Notes: generated by a model not told the origin, from the sequence alone. A stretch of DNA of 64,000 nucleotides from an uncultured Alphaproteobacteria bacterium (GCA_963836845.1 CAWILK010000046.1:1582-65581), one strand, 5' to 3'; numbered from the stretch's first letter, positions 13,734 to 26,815 are shown. A program made the numbers and translations.

Positions 13734-13808
13734 AGCGCCGAAAGCCGACCTTGCGAGCCGCCACGCAGATTCCGGATTCGACTCCTTGCAGACATTCGCA
13801 CCGGGAAT

Positions 13809-13865
13809 CCGCACCGCCTAAGGCGTTGAAATCCGGTGCGCCCGCCGCGGTGCGAAATTTTTGGT
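13809..13865 (+). terminator. possible intrinsic terminator after the CitE-like gene
   Basis: CGCACCGC (13810-13817) pairs with GCGGTGCG (13847-13854), with an alternative inner hairpin CACCG/CGGTG, followed by AAATTTTTGG. Confidence 0.35.
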
Positions 13866-13917
13866 TTCTGCAGGCGATAGAGATTCCATACTGAGTCTTG
13901 TCCTTTCGACAGACCTC

Positions 13918-14217
13918 CTAGTTACCTCTACCGCCATCGCCGTTTCCTCCTCGGGTGCCATCTACGCTCGGCCCTCGCAACGCCTGCGGTAGCGGTCCTA
14001 CAAACTGCTCATATTCCCAGCGGTTTATTAAGCCGGCCCGGTAAGCGTCCTCCGGGGTCGGCGCGGGGAAAGGATATGATTGATAGGTGCCGCCGGAATA
14101 ACCCGCCGGCGGCAATTGCGGCGGGGCAACAGCCACCGAGGGACCCTGCGCCTGGACGGGAGTGATGACGGTGGCCACCGTGACGGCCAGCGTGACGTAC
14201 ATCAACAAATGCCTCAT
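13918..14217 (-). CDS. hypothetical secreted protein (99 aa)
   Basis: MRHLLMYVTLAVTVATVITPVQAQGPSVAVAPPQLPPAGYSGG... has a signal-peptide-like N-terminus with an AQA/AQG site. It is the 3' part of ORF 13918..14712. Confidence 0.4.
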   Translation of the reverse strand: MRHLLMYVTLAVTVATVITPVQAQGPSVAVAPPQLPPAGYSGGTYQSYPFPAPTPEDAYRAGLINRWEYEQFVGPLPQALRGPSVDGTRGGNGDGGRGN

Positions 14218-14755
14218 CCCGGTGTCCTTCCCACGACTGATCCTATGCCCGCTAACGGGAGCACTTTGCCACACTCGCATGCGTGTTAGTTGCGCCTTAC
14301 ATTCGGAATTGCAATAGAACATAACTCCTCTATGCCGCCCGCATCTCCGATCTCGGCCCCGGCGATTTCGTCCGGGTCGAGTGTGTCTGCGGGTGCTGAG
14401 ATGATCCCGGCAGCAGCCTTGACGCAGTGGCTGCGGCTTCAGCCGTATGAGCGTATCCTTGATCTCGCGCCGCGGCTGCGGTGCCGGGAGTGCGATGAGC
14501 GCGGGAAGGGAGCCTGCGATTGACAGTATCGAGCCGCAACCGAGAACGCCGAGGCAGTGATTCTGGAAAATAAGCCGCTCGAATGCTCCCCCGAGCGTGC
14601 CTCGGCCCACCCAGCGAGGGCCGAGGCCAAGCGGTTCGTAAATTTTGATTTTCGCACCACACCCGGATGGTTTGACAGCCTCCAGCACCATCGGACTTAT
14701 ACTTGAGGTCAAATTCCGTATCCGTGATCCACAGCACCGCTCAGCCCAAGGCTCG

Positions 14756-15538
14756 TTAGAGCGCCGAGCGGCGGCTCGAGCCGCCGCCGTCGATCGTGAT
14801 GATCGAGCCGGTGGTGTAGGCCGAGAGATCGGAGGCGAGGAAGGCGGCCATCCAGCCGATCTCCTCGGGCTTGGCGGCGCGGCCGAAGGCGAGCGGCTTC
14901 ATGTATTCGGTCCAGCGCTCGGCGTCGCCGAACTGGGTCTGGGCGCGGGTGCGCATCAAGGTGACGAGACGGTCGGTCATGACCGGGCCGGGGTTGATGC
15001 CGATGACGCGCAGCCCGTCGCGCGGGGCCGTGCCGCCCATCGCCCGGGTGAACGCCATCAGGGACGCATTTCCCGACGATCCGGCGATGTAATTGAAGTC
15101 CGGATTTTCGCCGGCCGCGCCGAGGATATTGACGATGACCCCCTTCTTGCGTTCGCGCATCAGCGCGTAGAACCGGCGCGTCATGTTGATGTAGCCGAAC
15201 ACCTTCAGGTCCCAGGCCTCGCGCCAGCGGGCCTCGTCGATCGCGGCGATGTCGCCGCCCGGGATGGCGCCGGCATTGTTGACGAGGATCTCGGTGTCGG
15301 CGAATTCTTCGGCGAGCTTGTCGACATTGCGGCTGTCCGACAGATCGGCCGGAAAGCAGCGCACCGCGACATTGTGCTGGCCGACGATCTTGGCCCTGAC
15401 CGCTTCGAGGTCGGCCGCGGTGCGCGACACCAGCACGACGTCGCAGCCTTCTTCGGCCAACACCTCGGCGCAGGCCCGGCCGATCCCCTTCGAGGCGCCG
15501 GTGACCAGCGCCTTGCGCCCCCGCAAACCCAAATCCAT
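14756..15538 (-). CDS. SDR family oxidoreductase
   Basis: Intact 260-aa ORF: KALVTGASKGIGRACAEVLAEEG (TGxxxGIG), NNAG, and the catalytic region ...YIAGSSGNASLMAFTRAMG. Confidence 0.9.
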   Translation of the reverse strand: MDLGLRGRKALVTGASKGIGRACAEVLAEEGCDVVLVSRTAADLEAVRAKIVGQHNVAVRCFPADLSDSRNVDKLAEEFADTEILVNNAGAIPGGDIAAIDEARWREAWDLKVFGYINMTRRFYALMRERKKGVIVNILGAAGENPDFNYIAGSSGNASLMAFTRAMGGTAPRDGLRVIGINPGPVMTDRLVTLMRTRAQTQFGDAERWTEYMKPLAFGRAAKPEEIGWMAAFLASDLSAYTTGSIITIDGGGSSRRSAL

Positions 15539-15701
15539 TGCTTACCTCCCGATGACAGTAGTGGCGAGTTATGCCCGTTTTCTAGGCGGCAGACCTCCGC
15601 CAACGGCACGCGCGCGACACAGTGCTACCGGATACGACGACTTCGCGCTTATGAATATCGATATCGACTTCCGACCCCGCGATTAGGAACCTCGTTTCGA
15701 C

Positions 15702-15719
15702 GTGTGATCTATCTCACAC
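15702..15719. promoter_or_regulatory. perfect CRP-type palindrome GTGTGA-N6-TCACAC in a divergent promoter region
   Basis: gTGTGAtctatcTCACAc lies between the SDR gene (-) and the acyl-CoA dehydrogenase gene (+). Confidence 0.35.
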
Positions 15720-15843
15720 TCGATGGCTGATTGCTGTGCCATTTTTCTTAGCCACGAAGAGGTGCATGAAATCCGGCCGCCTTGAGATATAATTCAGCCG
15801 AAGCCCCGCCACCGAGAGCGGGCCATTTGACGGGAGAGCACGC

Positions 15844-17018
15844 ATGCCGACCAAGCGATCCTTTCGGAAAATCTATTGGAGCGCTGTGCGCATCGAGCCG
15901 CTGTGTACGACCGCGAGAACCGCTTCTTCTTTGAAGATTTCGAGGAGCTGCGCGAGGCCAAATATCTGCTGGCGGCGGTGCCGAAGGAATTCGGTGGGCT
16001 CGGGTTGACGTTTGCCGAGATCTGTCAGGAGCAGCGCCGGCTGGCGCGGCGCTCGGCGCCGACGGCGCTCGCCATCAATATGCATCTCCTGGCGACTGGC
16101 ATCGCCGCCGATCTATGGCACAAAGGCGACGGATCTCAAACCTGGATGCTCGAGGCGGCCGCCAGAGGTGAAGTCTTTGCCTACGGCTATTCGGAATCGG
16201 GCAACGATCTTGAGCCCCTGTACGCGGCTGGGACTGCCGAGCGGGTTGACGGCGGATATCGCTTTTTTGGCCACAAGCATTTCGGCTCACTAACGCCGGT
16301 CTGGAACTGGCTGAAAATCCATGGGCTCGACACCGCCGACCCTGATGATCCAAGGATCGTGCACGCGGTAATGGCACGCGATACGGCGGGCTACCGAATT
16401 GTGGAGACCTGGGACACCCTCGGCATGCGGGCGACCGCTAGCCAGGACACCGTTATTGAAGGAGCGTTCGTGCCCGACCGGCACGTGATCCGAGTAACGA
16501 AGCCCGGCTTTGCCGGCGCTGACGAATTCATTCTCGGGATCTTTGGCCGGTTTGAGCCGACCATAGCTAACATCTATATCGGCGTGGCAGAGCGAGCCCG
16601 CGATTTGGCAGTCGAGAGGATCAAAAGGAAGACCTCGGTTGCCGATATGACGCGCTCGATGGCCTACCACCCAGAGGTGCAGCACGTAATCGCCGAGATC
16701 ATCATCGAATTGGAGGGGATCATTGCGCACGCCGACCGGATCGCGGCGGACTGGACAAACGGCGTCGACCACGGAGCAATGTGGCCGGCCAAGCTGGTGG
16801 CCGCAAAATACCATTGCGTTGAAGGCGCTTTCCGCGCTGTCGATCTGGCAATGGACGTATCCGGCGGCCGCGGGATGTTCAAGGGTGATGAGCTCGAACG
16901 GCTCTACCGCGATGCACGCTGCGGCCGCTTTCACCCGGCCAATGCAATGACAGTCCACGAAGTCGTGGGCAAATCCGCGCTCGGCGTCCTCGGCGAGGCC
17001 GGGCCGCGTTGGGGTTGA
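15844..17018 (+). CDS. acyl-CoA dehydrogenase family protein (apparent 1-nt indel just after the ATG)
   Basis: ORF 15876..17018 ...YDRENRFFFEDFEELREAKYLLAAVPKEFGGLGLT...WDTLGMRATASQDTVIEGAFVP...YRDARCGRFHPAN. The upstream frame reads ADQAILSENLLERCAH with ATG 15844 one base out of frame. Confidence 0.85.
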
Positions 17019-17044
17019 GACACTCGCACTGGGAGGAGTGAGAA

Positions 17045-18103
17045 ATGGTTGACGATGCGAAACTGCATCAGTTTATGGGGCAGATGCTATCCGATCTGGG
17101 GGGTGCCGCCAGCGTCGCCCTGGTACGGATCGGCGATGCGCTTGGTCTTTACAAGACCCTGCATGAGCGCGGTCCGATGACGGTGGCGGAGCTCGCCGCT
17201 GCATCCGGAATCAATCAGCGCTACCTGCGCGAGTGGCTCTCGCATCAGGCGGCGTCGAATTACCTTTCCTACGAGGCGGCGACCCAGAAGTTCGCTCTGC
17301 CGCCGGAACAGGCAATGGTCTTCGCGATCGAGGACAGCCCCGTCTACATGATGGGGGCCTTTGACTTGATGACATGGATCACCGAGAGCAAGGATCAGGT
17401 CCAGGCGGTGTTCCCGACCGGGGGCGGCGTGCCGTGGAGCGATCACACGAGCTGTTTCTTCTGCGCGGTCGCACGCTTCTTCCGTCCCGGCTACCACAAC
17501 AATTTGGTGAGCAATTGGCTCCCTGCGCTCGACGGCGTCGTCGAGCAAGCTGCAGCGTGGCGCCAAAGTCGCCGATGTCGGGTGCGGGCACGGATGGTCG
17601 ACCGTGCTGATGGCCAAAGCCTTCCCGAACTCGCAGTTCATCGGCTACGACTTCCATCCGAACTCGATCGAACACGCTGCAAGCACACGCTCGGGAGCAC
17701 GGGGTCACCGCAAACACCCGCTTTGAGGTCGCTACGGCCAAGGGCTATCCGGAGAAGGATTTCGATCTCGTCGCCTTCTTCGATTGTCTGCACGATATGG
17801 GCGATCCGGCGGGCGCAGCAGCGCACGTCCGGCAATCGCTGAAAGCCGACGGATCGTGGATGATCGTTGAGCCGATGGCGGGCGACCAAGCTCGAAGACA
17901 ATTTAAACCCCGTCGGACGGATCTATTACGCCGGCTCCACGATGGGTTGCGTACCGACCTCGCTATCGCAGGAGGTCGGCACCGCGCTCGGCGCGCAAGC
18001 CGGCGAGGCCCGACTCCGCGAAGTCATCACCGCGGGCGGGTTCCGCAATGTCCGACGGGCCGCTGAGACGCCGTTCAACATGATCCTGGAGGCGCGGCCG
18101 TAA
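17045..18103 (+). CDS. class I SAM-dependent methyltransferase, about 3 apparent frameshifts
   Basis: ORF 17045..17842 has a winged-helix-like N-terminus. The SAM motif VADVGCGHGWSTVLMAKAFPNSQFIGYDFHP, then ...DLVAFFDCLHDMGDP and ORF 17867..18103 (...NPVGRIYYAGSTMGCVPTSL) lie in shifted frames. Confidence 0.75.
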
Positions 18104-18255
18104 ACGGAAACTCGCGCCGCTATTCCGGTTGGGTGCTTCGGTGCTGAGGGCGGATTGCCGTCGGCACCGTCGAAGTCCTGGCGCGTCACGTCGGGTCCAA
18201 CTACGCGACGCTCACGCTTGCGCAGCTGGGAAAACACGACCGTGTCGATCAAGTA

Positions 18256-19545
18256 TCACAAATCGACATTCCGCGGCTTGACCGGGCCACGCTCGAAAGG
18301 GCCGTCGTGTTGCGGCACGCCCAGGAGATGGTCGACGAAATTCGCTGCGGCAGCCTCCTCGGCCAACGGCACGCGCGCGACCCGGTGGGCCTGCAACGCC
18401 GGCAGTACATCGCTGGCGAAGCGGCGGATCTGCTCCATGAACATCTCGTGCGGCAATACGCCGCGATTGAGGCTGATCTGGACATTGTCGGCGCCCGCGG
18501 TCTCCGCCGCGTCGATGATCCGCTCGGTCACTTCGGCCGCCGTGCCCCAGGGCATCTGCTCGGCCTGCCGTTCGACATCGGCCATGGTCAGACCGCGGAA
18601 ATCCTCGCGCGCGAACTCGGCTGCGCGGCGGTTTTCCGGGCTGACGTAATCGGTCGACGCGGCGCTGGAATAACCGGTCTGGCGCTGCAAGTCGGTCTCG
18701 GTGAAATTGCCGTGGCTGAACAAAGTGCGATTGAAATAGAGGTGGTAGGGTCCCATTTCGCGCACCGCCTCGGCCTTGCTGTCGGCGACATAGGCGCTGA
18801 TGCCGAGCGACAGATGGTCGGGCGTGATCCGGTGGCCGGCCTGGCTCAGACAGCGCGCGTAGTAGCGGATGATGTCGTCGCGCAATCCGCGCGAGCGGCC
18901 GAGCCCGGGTGTGATCGGCAGGTCGTGCCGGGCCGCGAACTCGATCAACTCTTTGCTGCCGACGATCGGCATCCAGATCGGCGGATGCGGCTGCTGCACC
19001 GGCCGCGGCCACAGCGCGACATCCTTGTAGGACCAGAACTCGCCCTGATACGAGAATATTTCCTCGGTCCAGGCCTTGCGGATGATGTCGAAGGCCTCCT
19101 CGAAACGGGCGCGCGACTGCGCCAATGGCACATTGTGGACCTGGTATTCGCGGGGGATGCCGCGGGCGAAGCCGGAAATCAGCCGCCCATTGGACATGCA
19201 GTCGAGCATCGCCAGCTCTTCGGCGAGCCGCAGCGGCTCGTGCAGTGGCAACAGATTGCCGTAGATCAGCAGTTTGAGCCTTTTGGTGCGCTGCGCCGCC
19301 GCGGCCGCCAGCAGGTTCGGCGAGTTCATCAGCCCATAGGGCGAGCAATGGTGCTCGTTGAACCCGACCCCGTCATAGCCCAGGCGGTCGAGCTCTTCCC
19401 ACGCTTCGAGATGCTCGGCGTAGGTGCGCGCCGCGACCTCCGGCTTGAAGTATTTCTTCGGCAGCGGATAGGGCAGCTCGTTGCCGATTTTCAGATGCTC
19501 GAGCTGCTCGCCATAGGCCAGGAGATCAAATACAAAGACTTTCAT
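18256..19545 (-). CDS. LLM class flavin-dependent oxidoreductase (luciferase-like), intact
   Basis: Uninterrupted 429-aa ORF: ...LGYDGVGFNEHHCSPYGLMNSPNLLAAAAAQRTKRLKLLIYGNLLPLHEPLRLAEELAMLDCMSNGRLISGFARG... Confidence 0.9.
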   Translation of the reverse strand: MKVFVFDLLAYGEQLEHLKIGNELPYPLPKKYFKPEVAARTYAEHLEAWEELDRLGYDGVGFNEHHCSPYGLMNSPNLLAAAAAQRTKRLKLLIYGNLLPLHEPLRLAEELAMLDCMSNGRLISGFARGIPREYQVHNVPLAQSRARFEEAFDIIRKAWTEEIFSYQGEFWSYKDVALWPRPVQQPHPPIWMPIVGSKELIEFAARHDLPITPGLGRSRGLRDDIIRYYARCLSQAGHRITPDHLSLGISAYVADSKAEAVREMGPYHLYFNRTLFSHGNFTETDLQRQTGYSSAASTDYVSPENRRAAEFAREDFRGLTMADVERQAEQMPWGTAAEVTERIIDAAETAGADNVQISLNRGVLPHEMFMEQIRRFASDVLPALQAHRVARVPLAEEAAAANFVDHLLGVPQHDGPFERGPVKPRNVDL

Positions 19546-19677
19546 GTGGTTCGGTTGCCTCCTCTGACCGTCGGTCCGGCGGCCGATAGCCGGTCGAAAT
19601 TATCAGAGCTTGCCGGCGCGGCGATGTTGTGACAACCAGAAGATCGATAAACCTGCGATGACGGAATGAGGCCGCCG

Positions 19678-21055
19678 ATGCCGCGCTATGATTTCGACAT
19701 GTTCACGATCGGCGCCGGGTCGGGCGGGGTCGCCAGCTCGCGCCGCGCCGGGAGCTACGGCGCTCGCGTCGCGATCTGCGAGGAGAGCCGGGTCGGCGGC
19801 ACCTGCGTGATCCGCGGCTGCGTGCCGAAGAAACTGCTCGTTTATGGAGCGCAATTCGCCGACGCCTTCGCCGACGCCGCCGGGTTTGGCTGGACGGTGC
19901 CGGTGCCGAGCTTCGATTGGCCCGCCCTGATCGACGCCAAGGACCGCGAGATCGAGCGGCTGTCGCAGATCTATCGCAATATGCTGAAGAACAGCGGGGT
20001 CGAGCTGATCGAGGGTCGGGGGGTGCTGGTCGATCCGCATACCGTCGAGATCGACGGCCGGCGCCTACACCGCCGACAAGATCCTGATCGCCGCCGGCTC
20101 GCACCCGACCGTGCCCGACATCCCGGGCATCGAGCATGTGATCTCGTCGAACGAGGCGCTCGACTTGCCGGAGCTGCCGCGCCGCATCGTCATCGTCGGC
20201 GGCGGCTATATCGCGGTCGAGTTCGCCGGCATCTTCAACGGCCTTGGCGCCGAGGTCGTCGAGCTGATCCGCCGCGAGGAACTGCTCTACGGCTTTGACG
20301 ACGACATCCGCATCGCGCTGGCGCAGGAGATGCGCGGCCGCGGCGTCGAGATCCACGCCCGCACGCAGGTGGCGCGGATCGAGAAGCAGGACCACGGCTA
20401 CTCGGTCTATACGGCTATCGGCCAGGAATTTTCGGCCGATGTCGTGATGTATGCGACCGGGCGAAAGCCGAACACGAGAGGCCTCGGTCTCGCCGAGATC
20501 GGCGTCAAGACCACCGATAACGGCGCGGTCGTCGTCGACGAATGGTCGTGCAGCAATGTCCCGAACATCTACGCCGTCGGCGATGTCACCGACCGGATCA
20601 ATCTGACGCCGGTCGCGATCGCCGAAGGCCGCGCGGTCGCCGAGACCCTGTTCAACGACAATCCGATCAGGATGGACCACGCCAATGTGCCCTCGGCGGT
20701 GTTCAGCCAGCCGCCGATCGGCGCCGTCGGCCTGACCGAGGAGGAGGCGCGCCGGCAATACGGCGAGGTCGACATCTACTGCGCCCGCTTCAAGCCGATG
20801 AAGAATACCTTGTCCGGACGCGACGAGCGGACCATGATGAAGCTCGTCGTCGATGCGCGCAGCGACCGGGTGCTCGGCTGCCATATGCTGGGTCCCGACG
20901 CGCCCGAAATCCTGCAGGGCCTGGCGATCGCCGTCAAATGCGGCGTCTCGAAGCGCATGTTCGACGAAACCATCGGCATCCACCCGAGCGCCGCCGAGGA
21001 ATTCGTGACGATGCGCGAAAAGCTCGTCCGCCCGACGAAGCTGGCGGCGGAATAG
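19678..21055 (+). CDS. gor: glutathione-disulfide reductase, one apparent frameshift near 20060
   Basis: [53 protein letters not shown] (redox-active CxxxxC) joins ORF 20111..21055 (...[17 protein letters not shown]...[22 protein letters not shown]...[13 protein letters not shown]). Confidence 0.85.
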
Positions 21056-21462
21056 CGCGAGGTACCAACGGGCTCATCCTTGAGATCTCGGAACACGAGA
21101 GCACATTCGCTCCATAACTGGGCTCAGACCTGTTCAAATGTTCGAAATGATCGACGTTTCGCAAGAGGTGATGCTGATCGAGGCGCTCAGCGCGGAGATT
21201 TCTCCCTCCGGCGGTGCGCAATTGCTCGGGCAGCTCACAAGCAGCAGGACGAAGCCCGTGCCGCGCATGAAGGAGAAGGCGGATCGCTCTGGAAAAGTCG
21301 TATGAAGACGCTCGAGGCGGCGCGGTTGATCTGGCTCGACTGGCCGAAATCGCCGCGATAGCGGTTGAGAAAGCGCGGGCTGGCGCCGAGCGGCTGTCCC
21401 GCGATCGAGGCATTACAGCAGAAGATTGCTGCCACGCCGCAACCCTTGACCCCGAGATCCGA

Positions 21463-21670
21463 ATGTCCGTTCAGGAAAGCCTCGAAATCCTGGCGGCTGG
21501 CTGCCGCTCTACCAGGAATTGCGAGAGAGACTACTTGAATTGACGGAGCGCGCTCCGCGAAATTCCGGAAGGGTCTTGCGGGCTCGGCCAGCGTGGAGGT
21601 CGACCACGAAGCGTTGAGCCGCGAGTTTATGGTGAGGTTCCCGAAGATCCGAGCGGCCCTTGCCAAATGA
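21463..21670 (+). CDS. putative Doc-associated antitoxin, fragmented (family not recognised)
   Basis: MSVQESLEIL... (frame 1), ...LYQELRERLLELTERAP (frame 0), and ...AKFRKGLAGSASVEVDHEALSREFMVRFPKIRAALAK* (frame 2). The final TGA overlaps ATG 21667 of the Doc gene (ATGA). Confidence 0.25.
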
Positions 21671-22012
21671 GCCAAGCTGGCTGCCCATCGAGGCGGTCAT
21701 CAATTACAATCGGCTTGAGGCGGAGGCGACGGGAGAGCCCCACTTCTTACGTGATCGTGGCTTGCTCGAAAGTGCATTAGCGCGGCCACGAAACTTCTTT
21801 TGCTTTGGCGAAGAAGACATTGTTGTACTCGCCGTCGTTCTTATGGCGGGTATTGCGCGAGCGCACGCCTTCGAGCAGGGCAACAAGCGAACTGCCTTTG
21901 AGGCAATTTGGCATTTTCTGCGTCAAACGGCTACGAGCTTACCATCGACGACACCGCGCATTGGGCCGACGAGGTGATCGCGCTTGTCGAGCATCGCATC
22001 GACCGAGCATGA
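21667..22012 (+). CDS. doc: Fic/Doc family toxin (death-on-curing), about 2 apparent frameshifts
   Basis: ORF 21660..21977: EPSWLPIEAVINYNRLEAEATGEPHFLRDRGLLESALARPRNFFCFGEEDIVVLAVVLMAGIARAHAFEQGNKRTAFEA. The C-terminus is in another frame: NGYELTIDDTAHWADEVIALVEHRIDRA* (TGA 22010-22012). Confidence 0.7.
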
Positions 22013-22198
22013 TTTTGTTCGGACCATTCGGCCGTTTGTGGTTGCAAGATACATAAGGCGCTTGCCTCGGCACGACGCCTTATCGCTAACGTGCTGTTAT
22101 GGAGCTAACGTAGGGTATGTGGCCGCTGCCAGATCGCGCGATTTTGGTACTGCCGGTACATGACGGCGGCCTAGGATCGCGCTTTGCGCTTTTTTCCG

Positions 22199-22229
22199 AA
22201 GCCGCCCCACCGAGGCGGCTTTCGTTTTT
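22199..22229 (+). terminator. orphan intrinsic terminator-like hairpin
   Basis: AAGCCGCC-ccaccga-GGCGGCTT followed by TCGTTTTTC. It lies about 190 nt past the Doc stop and about 110 nt before the DAHP synthase ATG. Confidence 0.45.
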
Positions 22230-22340
22230 CATGCTTTCGCTGATCCGAATGTCGCCGAAGGTGAGGCGGCTTCCAACCTCGGAGGTGATGCATGACCAGA
22301 GCGGCCCAAATGCGCGAAGATTGCGCGGAGGGACGGTGAG

Positions 22341-24886
<2,546 letters not shown>

Positions 24887-24938
24887 AACAGGAAAGGGGC
24901 GTGAGCAGCGCTCGCGCCCTTGGTGCAAAAACTTTGGG

Positions 24939-25227
24939 TTAGTGCGGTTTCGGCCCGAAGCCTTTGCCCGTATAGTAGCTGCCCGCGTGCTCTCCCCGCC
25001 GGAATCTGACCCCGTAGAGGGAGGCCGCGTCATGCGGCGACGGGATCCAAGTGCTGGGGCCGACTTTCGGCCCGGGAGTCCGTGCCGGGGAATATGGTAG
25101 GCCGGGATTGGTTGCGACCTGGGGCGGATTGACTGGCGGCGTCGGCGCTGGGTCCGCCGCATACGCTGTAATTGCGACAACGCGATGCCAAGACAGCGCC
25201 CAAAATCGCTGTTTTTATAATCATCAT
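24939..25227 (-). CDS. hypothetical small secreted protein (one apparent frameshift)
   Basis: MMIIKTAILGAVL... then, shifted, ...AITAYAADPAPTPPVNPPQVATNPGLPYSPARTPGPKVGPSTWIPSPHDAASLYGVRFRRGEHAGSYYTGKGFGPKPH* (TAA at 24941..24939). Confidence 0.35.
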
Positions 25228-25561
25228 GACTAAGTGTACTCCAGCCGAACGTTTCTGACGATCGCAAGGATGCCATAATTGAGAGACAAATCGAGAGGAG
25301 CGGCCTGCATGTATCAATATGCTGCTATGCAGCAATGCAGGGAATGCGACGGACCTACTGCGGCCTATGATAAGGCCTTGCTTTCCTGAATTTACCTGAT
25401 GCGGGGTATGATGGCATAGCCAGACGTCATTTTGACGGCAGGCGGGTGCAGGTCGATGCGTTCGGATTAGCATATGGTGCTCCGCAGCAAAAGGAATGGC
25501 TAGTTAAATCGGCCGATCCGAGCCAGAGGCAGTGCACCGACTCGGACCGGTCCGATGGGCG

Positions 25562-26815
25562 TTATTCGGCAGCGGCCCGAGCCGGTTGATCCGTGCCGTC
25601 CATGTAGTCGACGCTGACCGGCTGGTTTGTCTCGAACGGGCTCTTGAGGTCGAGTTCCTTGGCCATTTCGCGCACCGCCGGGAACACCTCCTGTCCCAGC
25701 AGGCGGATGCAGGTCTTGGCGTCTTCGTGCGTCACCGATGCCGTCATTTCCCCAGAATGCCGAGAATGCCGGGCCGCGTTTCTTCGAGCAGGATGCGCAA
25801 TTTGGCGATCACCTGCTTCGGCGTGCCGGCGATGATCATCAAATCTTCGAGTTGTTTTTCGAGCGCCGGGCGGTAGCGCGGGTTTTTCGACCGGCCGGTG
25901 GCAAACTCGACAAACGCGCGGCGGTTTTCCGGGCTGCCATAGCCCGAGGGCGTGCTCCACACCGGATGGGCGAGACCGGTGAACTCGCCCTGCATCCACA
26001 TGAACTGGCGCGGCGTTTTCGAGCGCCTTCTCCTCGGTCTCGGCGACGTGGATCTGCTTCAGCATGCCGTGATAGTCCGGAGCCGCCGGTAAAGCCGGCC
26101 TCGGCCGCCACGTTGTCGTAGATCTCCCAGATCCGCTTGGTGCGGTCGATCGGCGTGTTGAGCGCGATATACGGATAGCCGTGCTGCGCGGCCCAGACGA
26201 TCGTCTCCGTGCTGATGACGCCAGGGATCCACACCCGCGGGATGCGGCTTCTGCAACGGCACCGCCCAGGGGTTGACGACGCGGTGCTGGTAATGGGTCG
26301 CCCTCCCAGCGGAACGGGCCCTCGCGGGTCCACGCCGCGACGATCAGATCGTGCGCCTCCTGAAAGCGCTCGCGGTTGAAGGCCGGGTTGACGCCGGCGG
26401 CGAGCTGCTCCTGTCCGCCGCCGCGGACAAAGCCGGAGACCAGCCGGCCCTTCGAGATCATGTCGATCATCGACAATTCTTCGGCGAGCCGCACCGGGTT
26501 TTCGGCCAAGCGGCAGCGGGTTGCCGAGCAGGACGATCTTCGCCTTCTTGGTCACCGCCGCGAGGATCGAGGCGAAAGACGTTGCACTTGGCCTGCATGC
26601 AGAACGGCGCGTTGTGATGCTCGTTCAGCATGATGCCTTCGATGCCCATTTCTTCGGCGTAGATGTAATGTTCCGAGATATTCGTTGTAGAGCCGGCTGC
26701 CGGCGACCGGATCGAAGTACTTGTTCGAGAACATCAGCGCGGTGGCGCCGAACTCCAGGCCCTCCTGGGCGGGATAGGCCGACATCGGCTGCTCGGTGAA
26801 GTACATCAAATGCAT
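25562..26815 (-). CDS. LLM class flavin-dependent oxidoreductase, about 7 apparent frameshifts (pseudogene or indel errors)
   Basis: MHLMYFTEQPMSAYPAQEGLEFGATALMFSNKYFDPVAGSRLYNEYL / MGIEGIMLNEHHNAPFCMQAKCNV / KKAKIVLLGNPLPL / AENPVRLAEELSMIDMISKGRLVSGFVRGG... / ...PLQKPHP.VWIPGVISTETIVWAAQHGYPYIAL / MWMQGEFTGLAHPVW...MIIAGTPKQVIAKLRILLEETRPGIL / ...SVTHEDAKTCIRLLGQEVFPAVREM. Confidence 0.8.

Noticed and set aside
13765-13800. tRNA-like T-loop string GGATTCGACTCC.
   Set aside because: There are no complementary T-stem, acceptor stem or anticodon arm around it. The local pairing is only a simple hairpin, CGGATTC...GAATCCG. I saw no convincing tRNA anywhere in the window.
14230-14755. ORFs 14290..14523 (...LDLAPRLRCRECDERGKGACD), 14330..14737 and the 5' part of 13918..14712.
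   Set aside because: No family is recognised and the frames conflict on both strands in a lower-GC patch. This is possibly degraded or foreign DNA, but nothing can be called.
25230-25560. Lower-GC intergenic stretch as a possible ncRNA or island boundary.
   Set aside because: I could identify no conserved motif, terminator, repeat or integrase nearby. It is left unannotated.
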